Shown here: positions 62,781 through 64,000 of the stretch, in pieces | How positions within the stretch are numbered: position 1 is the first letter of the stretch | Layout of the letters: every line of letters begins with the position of its first letter | Assembly (NCBI GenBank): GCA_964016885.1 | Contig: OZ024759.1 | Coordinates: 26,164,001-26,228,000, forward strand | Direction: 5' to 3' | DNA length: 64,000 nucleotides | Source of the DNA: Eledone cirrhosa | Taxonomy: Eukaryota | The notes under the pieces: generated by a model | Told to the model about the DNA's origin: nothing | Database searches by the model: none | The model's input: the letters and a program-made list of their open reading frames with translations, nothing else | Translations under genes and position numbers: made by a program

Positions 62781-62860
62781 CTTTCTTTTTATTTGCCACT
62801 AGGGCATCAAAAGTGGGACAAGTACAAAGGGGGGAGTTTACATGCAAAGGTGTCCTCAAT
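62781..62860 (-). mobile_element. Short LINE 3'-end fragment related to 61214-61462
   Basis: CTTTCTTTTTATTTGCCAC..GGGC...GGGACA..TACA resembles CTTTCTTTATTAGCCAC..GGGC...GAGACATTACA. Confidence 0.4.
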
Positions 62861-63544
62861 ATGGAGGAGGCAATAACAAGATATTGAGAAATAGATAGAT
62901 AGATAGATAGATGGAAAGTGGATGGAGAAATAGATAGATAGATAGATATGTAGAGAGAGGGGGAGTAATGGTAGTAGCATTTGCAATGGTGGTGATGGTA
63001 GTTGCAGCAGTAATGGCGGTGGTGTTGGTAATGGTATATATAGAAAAAGAGACAGAGAGAGTTAGGAAGATGGATGGGATGGATAGACAGACACAGAGAG
63101 AGAGAGACTGGCAGATAATTTGATAGATAGAGATATAGAGAGTAGTAGTAGTGATAATAGTATTTATAATGGTGGTGATGGTAGTAGTAGTGGTGGTAGA
63201 TGGTAGCAGTAATGGTGGTGGTGGTGGTTGGGGTAGTAGAATTCAGTGTTTCGAATTAACTGCCATTAGATTTTAATCCGATTTCACCCGCTCTAGAATA
63301 GCCAGGCCTTGTCATAGAAAATATCAATTAAACCAAAACTCACGTCTATTAATGAATTGATTGGATCAATTAAGGGACTAATTATTTATTTATTTATTTA
63401 TTTATTTTTTTATTTTTTTATTTATTTGCTTGTTTATTTAGTTATATTTTTAAAAGATATTTTTTGGAGGCGGCGGGAGTGTTTCTATTTTTTTTTATAT
63501 AATCGCTTTGCCTCATATTCCTTCGTTGTTGTGTTGTTTGTGCA

Positions 63545-64000
63545 GTTGTTGATGATGATGATGATGATGTTAGTGGTGGTGGTGTTGATGTTGTTGATGA
63601 TGGTGGTGGTGGTGGTGTTGTTGATGGTGATGGTGTTGTTAGTAGTGTTGTTGTTGATGATGATGTTGTTAGTGGTGGTGGTGTTGATGTTGTTGATGAT
63701 AGTGGTGGTGGTGGTGTTGTTAGTAGGGTTGCTGATGATGTTGTTGTTAGTGGTGGTGGTGTAGTTGTTGATGATGGTGGTGGTGATGGTGTTATTGATG
63801 TTGGTGTTGTTGATGATGGTGTTGTTGATGTTGGTAGTGGTGTTGTTGATGTTGGTGGTGATGGTGTTGGTGTAGTTACTGCTGGTGGTGGTGGTGTTGA
63901 TGATGATGGTTTTGGTGTTGTTGATGGTAGTGGTGGTAGTGGTGTTCCTGTTGATGATGGTGGTGGTGGTGTTCCTGTTGATGATGGTGGTGGTGGTGTT
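63545..64000. repeat. Degenerate (GTT/GAT/GGT)n simple repeat
   Basis: Directly visible. Confidence 0.9.

Overview
Eukaryotic, AT-rich, repeat-saturated intergenic or intronic DNA. It is most likely from an octopod cephalopod; this is an inference from recalled Octopus SINE sequences, not from a search. I find no intact protein-coding gene. Almost every ORF in the track is a translation of (TA)n, (CA)n, (GA)n or trinucleotide simple repeats. The window holds about 25 copies of one tRNA-headed SINE, fragments of other SINEs and LINEs, several minisatellites and kilobase-scale interrupted (TA)n arrays. The most interesting signal is at least four unrelated families of 60-200 bp fold-back elements sitting at or near (TA)n runs. 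Each hinges on a GAAAC motif. One (45477-45517, minus strand) reads as a nearly complete minimal type I hammerhead ribozyme, which points to inverted Penelope-like pseudo-LTR remnants. Other points of interest: a multi-hairpin fold-back element (24054-24912), a decayed exon-like segment with 21-aa repeats (32872-33460), two copies of a structured RTE-like 5' region, and recurrent YY1/Pho motifs in the short unique islands.
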